DNA from: Horticoccus luteus
Lineage (GTDB): Bacteria > Verrucomicrobiota > Verrucomicrobiia > Opitutales > Opitutaceae
Assembly (NCBI RefSeq): GCF_019464535.1
Contig: NZ_CP080507.1
Location: forward strand, 2,640,001-2,672,000
DNA length: 32,000 nt
Direction of reading: 5' to 3'
In this document: in pieces, positions 5,728-14,709 of the stretch
How positions within the stretch are numbered: position 1 is the first letter of the stretch
Layout: each line of letters starts with the position of its first letter
Made by a program: the position numbers and the translations under genes
Notes under the pieces: generated by a model
The model's database searches: none
Told to the model about the DNA's origin: nothing
The model's input: the letters and a program-made list of their open reading frames with translations, nothing else

Positions 5728-7974
5728 ATGAGTCAACTCTCCTCCCGTCCACGCACCGCCATTTCCGAGCTTGTGCCCGCGCTGACCGCGCTCGCCGTGA
5801 TGCAAGGTTTCACCGCCGCCGCCCACGCCGCCGACGATGACAACCTCACCGCTGCGACCCACGACGCCCCCGTGGCGTTGCCCAAATTGACGGTGCAGGA
5901 TTCGAAGGTCAAAAGCATCGCCTCGCCGAAATACACCCAACCCCTGCGCGACACGCCGCAGACCGTCGTCGTCATCCCGCGCGCCGTTTACACCGAACAA
6001 GGCGCCACTTCTCTCCGCGATGTCCTCCGCAACACGCCCGGCATCACCTTCCAAGCCGGCGAAGGCGGCAATGCCCCCGGCGACAACCTTTTCATCCGCG
6101 GCTTCGGTGCGCGCAACGACGTCTTCCTCGACGGCGTGCGCGACGCCGGCGTGATGACCCGCGATACGTTCAACGTTGAGCAGGTCGAGGTCGTCAAAGG
6201 CCCCTCGTCCGCCACGTTCGGACGCGGCTCCACCGGCGGGTCCGTCAACCAAGTCACGAAGACCCCCGGCCTGCGCGACGCCACGAAGATCGAAGCCACC
6301 GCCGGTAACGCCGACTACGCGCGCGCCACGCTCGATGCCAATCAAGCGCTCCCCGCCAGCCCCATTCCCGGCACCGCTATCCGCCTCAATGCCGTCTGGA
6401 CCGATGCCGGCGTCGCCGGACGCGACGAAGTGAAAAACCGCAACTGGGGCCTCGCGCCCTCCCTCGCGTTCGGCCTCGGCACGCCGACCACCGTCACACT
6501 CGCCTATCAACATCTGTCGCAGGACAACATCCCCGACTACGGCCTTCCCGGCACCCTTCCCGCCGTCGCCTTCGCCGCCGGCCAAACCATTGCCGACCTG
6601 GACTGGAGCAACTTCTACGGCCTCGTCGCCCGCGACTACGAGAAGATCGAAAGCGATGGCGCCACCGCGATCGTCACCCACAAATTCCCTGGCGGCGCCG
6701 CCCTGCGCAACCTCACGCGCTACGGGCGCAATACCCGCGATGCGGTCGTGACTCCGCCGCGCGCCGCCACCGCCGCCAACGCCGCGGCCGACCCCGGTTT
6801 CGATCCCACGCTCGCTCAAATCCGTCGCACCGACACCAAATATCAAGACCGCCGCGACGAGATCCTCGCCAACCAAACCAACTTCAACGCCTCATTCACC
6901 TCCGGTTCCGTCCAACACGATTTCGGCGGCGGGATCGAAGTCTCCCGCGAAGACCAGCGCAGCGACGCCAAGACCGATTTGTTTTCTCACGGCCGTCCGC
7001 CCGTGACCGATCTTTATCACCCGAATCCGCACGACGCTTACACGCCCGCCATCGTGCGCACCGGCGCCTTCACCAAGGCCATCGCCGACACCGGTGCCGT
7101 TTACGCCTTCGACACCGCCAAGTTCGGCCCGCAATGGGAACTCAACGCCGGCGCCCGCTGGGAAACCTTCGATGTCAGTTATCGCAACGTCGCGGCCAAC
7201 GGCACCTCCACCCGCTTCCAACGCACCGACCACATGTTGAGCTGGCGCGGCGGCCTCGTATTCAAACCCGCCCCCGAAGGCAGTCTCTACGCGGGCTACG
7301 GCACTTCGTTCAATCCCTCCGCCGATTCCAACCAAGGCCTCGCCCTTGCCGCCACGGGCAACAGCAGCGCCAGCCTCGCGCCCGAGAAAAACCTCAGCAG
7401 CGAAATCGGCGCCAAATGGGATTTTCTCAAAACCCGTCTCTCGACCACGCTCGCATTCTTCCGCACCGAGAAAACCAACGCCCGCACGACCGATGCCGCC
7501 GGCGACACCGTGCTCGCCGGCGATCAGCAGGTCGAAGGCATCGAAATCGGCGTCAACGGCCGCCTCACCGACACGCTCTCGATCTTCTCCGGTTACGCTT
7601 ACATGGAGGGCACCGTGAAATCCTCCGGCGTCGCGCAGCAAGTGGACGCCGCGCTGCAATACGTGCCCCGGCAAACGCTCAACCTCTGGGCCACCCAGCG
7701 CCTTCCCGCCGGCTTCACCGTCGGCGCCGGCGCGCAATTCACCGACGGCTACTTCTACGCCCTGCCCAGCGCAACGTCCGCGCCCTCCGCTGGCCTCGGC
7801 ACGCGCTACTGGCTCTACGGCGCGATGGCCTCGTATGAAGTTAACAAGCACCTCACGCTCCGCCTCAACGTCAACAACCTCGCCGACAAACGCTACATCG
7901 ATCGCGGTTACGGTGGTCACGTCATTCCCGGCGCCGGTCGCACCGTCCTCTTCAATGCCACCTATTCGTTCTGA
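5728..7974 (+). CDS. TonB-dependent siderophore (catecholate, Fiu/PiuA-like) outer-membrane receptor
   Basis: Signal peptide ending AAHA-AD. Plug-domain blocks TPQTVVVIPR..., GATSLRDVLRNTPGITFQAGEGG and NLFIRGF...DVFLDGVRD. Long beta-barrel region. C-terminal ...FNATYSF with terminal aromatic residue. Followed by a PiuC/YbiX homologue, as in fiu-ybiX and piuA-piuC loci. A TTG at 5707 is an alternative start. Confidence 0.9.
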   Translation: MSQLSSRPRTAISELVPALTALAVMQGFTAAAHAADDDNLTAATHDAPVALPKLTVQDSKVKSIASPKYTQPLRDTPQTVVVIPRAVYTEQGATSLRDVLRNTPGITFQAGEGGNAPGDNLFIRGFGARNDVFLDGVRDAGVMTRDTFNVEQVEVVKGPSSATFGRGSTGGSVNQVTKTPGLRDATKIEATAGNADYARATLDANQALPASPIPGTAIRLNAVWTDAGVAGRDEVKNRNWGLAPSLAFGLGTPTTVTLAYQHLSQDNIPDYGLPGTLPAVAFAAGQTIADLDWSNFYGLVARDYEKIESDGATAIVTHKFPGGAALRNLTRYGRNTRDAVVTPPRAATAANAAADPGFDPTLAQIRRTDTKYQDRRDEILANQTNFNASFTSGSVQHDFGGGIEVSREDQRSDAKTDLFSHGRPPVTDLYHPNPHDAYTPAIVRTGAFTKAIADTGAVYAFDTAKFGPQWELNAGARWETFDVSYRNVAANGTSTRFQRTDHMLSWRGGLVFKPAPEGSLYAGYGTSFNPSADSNQGLALAATGNSSASLAPEKNLSSEIGAKWDFLKTRLSTTLAFFRTEKTNARTTDAAGDTVLAGDQQVEGIEIGVNGRLTDTLSIFSGYAYMEGTVKSSGVAQQVDAALQYVPRQTLNLWATQRLPAGFTVGAGAQFTDGYFYALPSATSAPSAGLGTRYWLYGAMASYEVNKHLTLRLNVNNLADKRYIDRGYGGHVIPGAGRTVLFNATYSF

Positions 7975-7995
7975 TCCCGCTCCGCGCTCTACGCC

Positions 7996-8676
7996 ATGAT
8001 TCTCGCTGTTCCTGACATTCTCACGCCCGCCCAAATCGCCGAAGCGCGCCAGCTCCTGGCCTCCGCCGATTGGGTCGACGGCAAAGCCACCGCCGGCCAC
8101 CAAGGCGCGCACGTAAAATCCAATCAGCAGCTCCCGCTCGACAGCGCCGTCGGCCGCCAACTCGGCGACACCATCCTTCGCGCGCTCGGCAAAAGCCCGC
8201 TCTTCATGTCCGCCGCGCTGCCGCTGCACATCCTGCCGCCCATGTTCAACCGCTACTCCGGCGGTCAGACTTTCGGCACGCATGTCGACGGCTCCGTCCG
8301 CGTCGTTCCCGGCACCACTCATCGCCTCCGCACCGATCTCTCCTGCACGCTCTTTTTCGCGGACCCGGCAGACTACGACGGCGGTGAACTCGTCATCGAA
8401 GACACCTACGGCGCCAAGAGCGTCAAACTCCCCGCCGGCCACCTCATCCTCTATCCTTCCACCAGCCTCCACCACGTCACGCCCGTCACGCGCGGCGAGC
8501 GTCTGTGCTCCTTTTTCTGGCTGCAATCCATGGTCCGCGCCGACGCGCAACGCTCCCTCCTCTTCGATCTCGATATCGCCATCCAACGCCTCGGCGCGGA
8601 GCAACCCAACCATCCTTCCGTCGTTCAACTCACCGGCGTCTACCACAACCTTCTCCGCCAGTGGGCGGAAATGTAA
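7996..8676 (+). CDS. piuC: PKHD-type Fe(II)/2-oxoglutarate-dependent hydroxylase (PiuC/YbiX family)
   Basis: The N-terminus [44 protein letters not shown] closely parallels YbiX/PiuC. It has the HVD facial-triad region (GTHVDGS) and a later His ([12 protein letters not shown]). Confidence 0.85.
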   Translation: MILAVPDILTPAQIAEARQLLASADWVDGKATAGHQGAHVKSNQQLPLDSAVGRQLGDTILRALGKSPLFMSAALPLHILPPMFNRYSGGQTFGTHVDGSVRVVPGTTHRLRTDLSCTLFFADPADYDGGELVIEDTYGAKSVKLPAGHLILYPSTSLHHVTPVTRGERLCSFFWLQSMVRADAQRSLLFDLDIAIQRLGAEQPNHPSVVQLTGVYHNLLRQWAEM

Positions 8677-8714
8677 ACGCCTCCTTCGCGTTCGCCCGCC
8701 GTTGCGCCGCCGTC

Positions 8715-9755
8715 ATGAGTAAACGCCACGTTGCCCTCGCCGAAATCGAGCGGCGCCACGGCCACGCCGCCGAAGCCACCGCAACGCCCGCCGGCCTCGC
8801 CGCCGCGCTCGCGTGTTACGACCGAGCCGCCTCGTTCCTCGCATCCGCCGCGCCCACCGACGACGTCCTCTGCGCCCTCGGCCTCGTCGCGATGAACCGC
8901 GGCAACGCGCTGTCGAAACTCGCCTCCACCGCCGACCACGCGGCCGCGCTCGCCGCCTACGATCACGCGATCGCCCTCCTCTCCGCGCTGCCCTACGCCC
9001 ACGACGATCGGCTGCGCAATCACCTCGGCGCCGCGTGGCTCAACCGCGGCCACGCCCTGCGCTCCGCCGGCGACCACGCCGATCTCGCCGCCGCGTTGCA
9101 GTCGCACCGCACCGCCGTCGAAATCCTGACGCCGCTCCCTCTCGCTGCCTGTCCTGATTATCCCGCCAATCTCGCCGGCGCGTGGATCAATCTTTCGGAC
9201 GCCCTCGCGGCGGCCGACACGCCCGACTGTTTCACGTCCGCGTTCGAGGCCGCGCAGGCCGCTCTCACCATTGTCGCTCCGCTTGAGGCCGACGCTCCGC
9301 GCTTCGGCGAACTCTCCCTCATGGCCCGCCGCGCCGCGCTTGTGGCCCTCGCCGGCCACCTCGTGACTGCGCCCGAGGAAACGCACGCGCCTGCGGTCGC
9401 CGCAGCAAGCGATCTGATCGACTCCGGCCTCAATCTCGCGCGCCGCTGGCACGTTCTCCACGCTGCCGCACCCGCGCCGCTCGCCACGCGTCTTTTTCGT
9501 TTTGGCGCCGAATTCTACTGCCGCCACCAACCGCAGTTTCTCGCCGAGTTCCTGCACGAAAATCTCGATGCCGCGTCGGGCGCTCCTCGCGCGTGGACCA
9601 CGTCGGTCGAGTGGCGCGACATCGGCCGCGCCGCGCTCGCTCGCGCTCGCGACGATCTGCAACGCCCGCGCTTTCTCTTCGCGGGCGACCGCGACACGGA
9701 ACGCGTCCTCGCGCTCGACGCCGCTCTCGCCGACGCCGCCGCGCACTTCCGCTGA
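8715..9755 (+). CDS. Hypothetical Ala-rich TPR-like repeat protein (346 aa), cytoplasmic
   Basis: Strong GC3 with host-like codon usage. Repeated N(R/L)G(N/H)AL ... AAL.AY..A..LL helix-pair pattern (MNRGNALSKL..., LNRGHALRSAG..., WINLSDALAAA). No signal peptide. The track ORF (from 8505) overlaps piuC, so it was trimmed to the ATG at 8715. Confidence 0.6.
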   Translation: MSKRHVALAEIERRHGHAAEATATPAGLAAALACYDRAASFLASAAPTDDVLCALGLVAMNRGNALSKLASTADHAAALAAYDHAIALLSALPYAHDDRLRNHLGAAWLNRGHALRSAGDHADLAAALQSHRTAVEILTPLPLAACPDYPANLAGAWINLSDALAAADTPDCFTSAFEAAQAALTIVAPLEADAPRFGELSLMARRAALVALAGHLVTAPEETHAPAVAAASDLIDSGLNLARRWHVLHAAAPAPLATRLFRFGAEFYCRHQPQFLAEFLHENLDAASGAPRAWTTSVEWRDIGRAALARARDDLQRPRFLFAGDRDTERVLALDAALADAAAHFR

Positions 9756-9824
9756 ACGCTGCGTGGTCGCGCGTAAGCGGCTTTCGCGCGGCAGTTTCCC
9801 GCCGCTCCTCACGAATTTCTCTCC

Positions 9825-11066
9825 ATGCGTCTTCGCAAAATCCTCTTCTGGCTGCATCTCTTCGCCGGCGTCTTCGCCGGACTCGTCATTGCCATCATGT
9901 GCTTTACGGGCGCCGTGCTCGCATTTGAGAAACAAATCACCGCGTGGGCCGAACGCGACGTCCGCCTCGTGACTCCGCCGGCCGACGCGTCCGCTCCTTT
10001 GCCGCTCACGCAACTCCAGCGCGACTTCCGCGCCGCTCAGCCTGAGTCTCGCTCCACCAGCCTCACCGTCTTCGCCGCCCCAAACACTGCAGTCGCCTTC
10101 AGCGTCGGCCGCGCGTCGACCTTTTACGTCAACCCCTACACCGGCGAAGTTCGCGCTCCCACCTCGGCGCGGCTTCGGACCATTCTGCGCGCGACTGAAA
10201 ACTGGCATCGCTGGCTCGGAGTGGGCGGCGACCATCGCGCCGCCGCGCGCGCCGTCACTGGCGCCTGCACCCTCGCCTTCGGCTTTCTCGCCCTGAGCGG
10301 ACTCTACCTCTGGTGGCCGCGCACGCTCTCGTGGCGCGGATTCAAATCCGTCGCCCTCCTCAACGTCCGCCTCGCCGGCAAAGCACGCGATTTCAACTGG
10401 CACAACGCCACCGGGCTGTGGTGCGCGCCCGTCCTCATCGTGCTCACGCTGACCGCCGTGCCGATGTCGTATCGCTGGGGCAACACCCTTCTCTACGGTC
10501 TCGCCGGCGAATCCGCTCCCACGACCACCGGCCCCGCCCGTGCCTCCACGTCCATCGCCCCGATCGCTCCTCCCTCGGCCGCCGCGCGTCGCCTCTCGCC
10601 CGACCAAGCCGTTGCCGTGGCGCAGAAGGAATTTCCTTCGTGGACGCAAATTTCCCTCGTGCTCGGTGACAGTGAACGCCGTCGCCCCAACTCGAATACC
10701 AACTCCACGCCGCCATCATCCGCCTCTGCCGCCGAGTCCAGCCAGCAGCGTCGCGCAGACGCCCCGGCGGGTGTCCGGCCCCTCACGCTCATCGTCAAAG
10801 AATCCTCCGCCTGGCCGCGCACCGCCACGGCCACGCTCACGGTTGATCCGTTCACGGGCCACGTGCTGAAACGCGAGACCTTCGCCGAACTTTCTCTCGG
10901 CCGGCGCTTCCGCACGTGGTCGCGCTTTCTCCACACCGGCGAGGCCCTGGGCTGGCCCGGACAACTTGTCGCAGGACTCGCCAGTCTCGGCGGACTCGTG
11001 CTCGTTTACACCGGCTTCGCGTTGGCGCTCCGGCGCTTTCTCAACCGCCGCTCCGCCCAAGCGTAG
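9825..11066 (+). CDS. PepSY-associated TM-helix membrane protein (PiuB-like)
   Basis: MRLRKILFWLHLFAGVFAGLVIAIMCFTGAVLAFEKQI is the typical PepSY_TM N-terminus. There are further TM segments (WHRWLG..., WHNATGLWCAPVLIVLTLTAV, C-terminal GLASLGGLVLVYTGFALAL). It lies in an iron-uptake context. Confidence 0.8.
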   Translation: MRLRKILFWLHLFAGVFAGLVIAIMCFTGAVLAFEKQITAWAERDVRLVTPPADASAPLPLTQLQRDFRAAQPESRSTSLTVFAAPNTAVAFSVGRASTFYVNPYTGEVRAPTSARLRTILRATENWHRWLGVGGDHRAAARAVTGACTLAFGFLALSGLYLWWPRTLSWRGFKSVALLNVRLAGKARDFNWHNATGLWCAPVLIVLTLTAVPMSYRWGNTLLYGLAGESAPTTTGPARASTSIAPIAPPSAAARRLSPDQAVAVAQKEFPSWTQISLVLGDSERRRPNSNTNSTPPSSASAAESSQQRRADAPAGVRPLTLIVKESSAWPRTATATLTVDPFTGHVLKRETFAELSLGRRFRTWSRFLHTGEALGWPGQLVAGLASLGGLVLVYTGFALALRRFLNRRSAQA

Positions 11067-11070
11067 CCGC

Positions 11071-11637
11071 TCAATCGCGCAATTTAGTCGTCGTGGCCAC
11101 GAGCTGCCGCGCGACCTTTTCCGCCGCCTGTTGCGTGCGCGGATCGCGTAGTTTCCCCTGCTCGTCAAAGGCCGCATCCGCTTTCGCCACCGTGCAGGCG
11201 GCGGGAATCACCAAGCAGCCGAGATGCGTCAGCAACGCGCGAGCCAGTTGCATCGACCGCACGCCGCCAAACTGTCCCGGCGACGCCGATACCACCGCCG
11301 CCACTTTCCCAATCAGCGGATTGTCGTCCGCGCGGGTGCACCAATCGATGGTGTTTTTAAACAACGGCGTGATCATCGAATTGTATTCCGGCGACGCGAT
11401 CAGCAGCGCGTCGTGCGCGAGCACCAGCTCGACCATTTTCTGCGCGTTTGCGGGCAGTCCTTCGCGGTCCTCGAGATCGCCATGATAAAGCGGCATCGGC
11501 AGGTCGTTGAGATCGATCACCGTCACCTCGCCTCCCGCGGCGCGCGTCGCTTCGACCACGACGTGCAGCAATTTTTTATTCAGCGAGTCACGTCGCGCGC
11601 TCCCGGCAAAAGCCAGGATCTTAGGCGGGTTGGGCAT
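11071..11637 (-). CDS. NAD(P)H-dependent FMN reductase family oxidoreductase
   Basis: KILAFAGSARRDSLNKKL..., LLIASPEYNSMITPLFKNTIDW and AAVVSASPGQFGG are canonical FMN_red (PF03358-type) blocks. It is convergent with the PepSY gene, with a 4-nt gap. Confidence 0.85.
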   Translation of the reverse strand: MPNPPKILAFAGSARRDSLNKKLLHVVVEATRAAGGEVTVIDLNDLPMPLYHGDLEDREGLPANAQKMVELVLAHDALLIASPEYNSMITPLFKNTIDWCTRADDNPLIGKVAAVVSASPGQFGGVRSMQLARALLTHLGCLVIPAACTVAKADAAFDEQGKLRDPRTQQAAEKVARQLVATTTKLRD

Positions 11638-11733
11638 GCCGTTACGAAGCGGCTCGCCGCCGGATTCGCAAGCTCGGCGTGGACCGCTGGCTCCCGAGCA
11701 GGAAACGGCCGCTGCGCCCGCGAATCCGCCCGC

Positions 11734-14505
11734 TCAACCCAGAGCCCCCAGCAAACGCTCCAGCTCCGCGCGCTTCGCCTGCTGATCGGCCAGTTGCTTG
11801 CGCGCTCCTTCCAGCACCGCCGGCGGCGCTTTGCTCACGAACGCCTGATTCGCGAGCCGCGCTTCCGTGCCGGCGATGTGTTTGCTGACGGCCTCGAGTT
11901 CTTTCATGAGGCGAGTGCGTTCTGCCGCCGGATCGACCTTCACGCCCGTGTCGAGATAGAGCGTGCCGAGCGGAGTCACGACCGCCGGCAACGCCACCTC
12001 GGCCGAGGTGCGCTCGATCGCGGTCGCACCGACAAGGCGGACGAGCTTGGCGGACCCTCCGGCGAGCACCGTCCAAACCGAATCGGCCGCGAGCGCGAAA
12101 AACGTCACGTCGCGCTTCTGCGCCGCGTTCTGGTCGGCCTTGAGCTGACGCGCGAGCGTGGCGAAACGTTTCAGCGTATCGACGCGGCCCGACGCCTCGC
12201 TGTCGATCCGGACACCGCGGCGCGCGAGCGCAGCGACGAGACCGCCCGCCGTTTCGATCCGCGTCTCCTGCACGAATCGGGTGCCGGGCGCCGCGTAGCC
12301 GAGCAGCGCCCACAACTCTTCCGTGATGAACGGCGCGAACGGCTCGAACATCAGCAGAAACTCGCGCAGCACGAGATCCTGCACCGCGAGCGCGTGATCT
12401 TTCGCCGCCGGGTCCTGCACGCGCGACTTGGCGACTTCGACATACCAGTCGCAAAAATCATTCCAGAAAAACGAATACAGCCGCTGCGTCGCACCGGCGA
12501 ACTCGAACCCGGCGAAACCGCGCTCGACCGTCCCGAGTGTATCAACGAGTGCCGCGAGAATCGCATGATCGTCGTCGTCGAGCGTGGTGGCGTCGATCCG
12601 CGCGAGAATGGCGTCGAGCGTGGAGTTGTCCGCCATCGCGCCACTCATTTGGCGGAAGCGACACGCGTTCCACAGCTTGTTGCAAAAGTTCTTGCCGCCT
12701 TCGATGCGGTCTTCGTCGAACTTCACGTCCTGGCCGAGCGGCGCGATCTGCAGCAGTCCGAACCGCAGACCATCGGCGCCGTATTTCGTGATGAGGTCGA
12801 GCGGGTCCGGCGAGTTGCCGAGCGTCTTCGACATCTTGCGCCCCTGCTTGTCGCGCACGATGCCGTTGAAATAAACGTGCTTGAACGGAATCCGCTTCTC
12901 GACCGGCGCGCCGGGCCGTGCGAATTCGAGGCCGGCCATGATCATGCGCGCGACCCAGAAGAAGATGATGTCGGCGCCCGTCGCGAGCGTCGTGGTCGGG
13001 TAAAACGCATCGAAATCCGCCTTCGCCTGCGCCTCCGCATCGGGCCAGCCGAGCGTCGCAAACGGCCAGAGCCAGGACGACGCCCACGTGTCGAGGACGT
13101 CGTCTTCCTGCGTCCAGTTTTCCGGATCGGCCGGGCCGTCGAGGGAAACGTGGATTTTCTGCGGATCGCGCAGATCGGCTTCGGTGAGCGTCTCGCGATC
13201 GATGCCCTTCGCATACCACACGGGAATGCGATGCCCCCACCAGAGTTGGCGGCTGATGCACCAATCCTGAATGTTTTCGAGCCAGTTGAGATACACCTTC
13301 GACCACCGCTCGGGATGCATCTGGATCAGACCGTCGCGCACGACTGCCTTGGCCTCCTCCACGCGCGGGTAACGCAGCCACCATTGCTGCATCAAACGCG
13401 GCTCGATCGGCACGCCGGCGCGCTGCGAATAGCCGACATTGTTCTCGTAGGGTTTCGCTTCGATCAAATTGCCCCGCTGCTCGAGAATCTCCGCGGCCTG
13501 CTTGCGCGCGGCAAAGCGGTCCAGTCCGGCGAGCTCGGGGCCGGCGTCGGCGTTCATCGTGCCGTCGGCGTTGATGGAATCGATGACCGGCAAGCCATGG
13601 CGCTGGCCAATCTCGAAATCCACCTTGTCGTGCGCGGGCGTGACTTTCAGCGCGCCGGCGGCGAAGGCCGGATCGACGGCCTTGTCCGCGATGATCGGTA
13701 TTTGCACGCGTTCGCCCAGCGGCCGCCAGAGTTTCCGGCCGACGAGATGCGTATAACGCGGATCGTCGGGATGCACGGCCACGGCAACGTCGGCGGCGAT
13801 TGTCTCGGGCCGCGTCGTCTCGAGAATCAGATGCGTGAGCGGGATCGTGTTCCCATCGGCGTCTTTCGTCGTCGTCGGTTCAACGAGCTCGTAACGCAGA
13901 CGATAAATAAAACCCTTCGTTGGACGCATCTCGACTTCCTCGTCCGACAACGCCGTCAACGAAACCGGGCACCAGTTCACCATGCGCTTGCCACGGTAAA
14001 TGTGCCCTTGGTCGAAAAGTTTCACGAACGCCGTGAGCACGGCGCGCGAGTAACCGGGATCCATCGTGAAATGCGTGCGATCCCAATCGCAGGAGCATCC
14101 GAGCTCGCGCAATTGCTTGAGAATGTGATCGCCCTTTTCACCCCGCCAGGCCCACACGCGATCGAGAAACGCCTCGCGTCCCAAATCCCGCCGCCCCTTG
14201 CCTTCCGTCTTCTTGAGATGCTTCTCGACCATCGTCTGCGTGGCGATGCCGGCGTGATCTGTGCCCGGGATCCAGCACGCGGCCTTGCCGTCGAGCCGGG
14301 CGCGCCGGATGAGGGCGTCCTGCAACGTGTTGTTGAGCACGTGGCCCATGTGCAGAATCCCCGTCACGTTGGGCGGAGGTATGACGATGGTGTAAGTCTC
14401 CTGGCCGGGAGCAGCCTTCCCGGCGAAGCACTTGGCCTCCTGCCAGGCGGCATACCATCTCTGCTCAACGTCGCGTGCTTCGTAACTCTTGGTGATCTCA
14501 GCCAT
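11734..14505 (-). CDS. valS: Valine--tRNA ligase
   Basis: PPPNVTGILHMGH (HIGH), KMSKTLGN (KMSKS), CISRQLWWGHRIP, and a C-terminal coiled coil (KELEAVSKHIAGTEARLANQAFVSKAP...). The true start is MAEITKSYEARDVEQRWY at 14505. The 111-codon N-terminal extension in the track ORF is spurious. Confidence 0.95.
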   Translation of the reverse strand: MAEITKSYEARDVEQRWYAAWQEAKCFAGKAAPGQETYTIVIPPPNVTGILHMGHVLNNTLQDALIRRARLDGKAACWIPGTDHAGIATQTMVEKHLKKTEGKGRRDLGREAFLDRVWAWRGEKGDHILKQLRELGCSCDWDRTHFTMDPGYSRAVLTAFVKLFDQGHIYRGKRMVNWCPVSLTALSDEEVEMRPTKGFIYRLRYELVEPTTTKDADGNTIPLTHLILETTRPETIAADVAVAVHPDDPRYTHLVGRKLWRPLGERVQIPIIADKAVDPAFAAGALKVTPAHDKVDFEIGQRHGLPVIDSINADGTMNADAGPELAGLDRFAARKQAAEILEQRGNLIEAKPYENNVGYSQRAGVPIEPRLMQQWWLRYPRVEEAKAVVRDGLIQMHPERWSKVYLNWLENIQDWCISRQLWWGHRIPVWYAKGIDRETLTEADLRDPQKIHVSLDGPADPENWTQEDDVLDTWASSWLWPFATLGWPDAEAQAKADFDAFYPTTTLATGADIIFFWVARMIMAGLEFARPGAPVEKRIPFKHVYFNGIVRDKQGRKMSKTLGNSPDPLDLITKYGADGLRFGLLQIAPLGQDVKFDEDRIEGGKNFCNKLWNACRFRQMSGAMADNSTLDAILARIDATTLDDDDHAILAALVDTLGTVERGFAGFEFAGATQRLYSFFWNDFCDWYVEVAKSRVQDPAAKDHALAVQDLVLREFLLMFEPFAPFITEELWALLGYAAPGTRFVQETRIETAGGLVAALARRGVRIDSEASGRVDTLKRFATLARQLKADQNAAQKRDVTFFALAADSVWTVLAGGSAKLVRLVGATAIERTSAEVALPAVVTPLGTLYLDTGVKVDPAAERTRLMKELEAVSKHIAGTEARLANQAFVSKAPPAVLEGARKQLADQQAKRAELERLLGALG

Positions 14506-14709
14506 GGTCGTCCTTAAAAATAGAATCGCCGAGGAAACGTCCCGCGCCCCCGTGAGGCAAGCGGGGAAAACCCGCGTGCCACCGGGCGTTGCGCCTGCAC
14601 CCAACCGTTCGTAGCGGCGGAGCATCAACGTTTGCGAGCGCCCTGCGCGCCGCTGTCCCCTTTCCCCTCGCTCGCCCGCGCGTTTGGCTCCACGTTGCCC
14701 ATCCTTCGC

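Noticed and set aside
5704-10649. Minus-strand ORFs 5704..6876, 6892..8646 and 8640..10649 (390-669 aa) across the iron locus
   Set aside because: These are Gly/Arg/Ala/Glu low-complexity translations. They tile exactly over + strand genes that have clear family signatures (TonB receptor, PiuC, PepSY), so they are shadow ORFs.
11224-14517. 1097-aa + strand ORF covering almost all of valS in antisense
   Set aside because: This is a shadow ORF. In GC-rich genes stop codons are rare in the antisense register. The translation is Arg/His/Gly-rich low-complexity sequence with no motifs, whereas the minus strand encodes an unmistakable ValRS.
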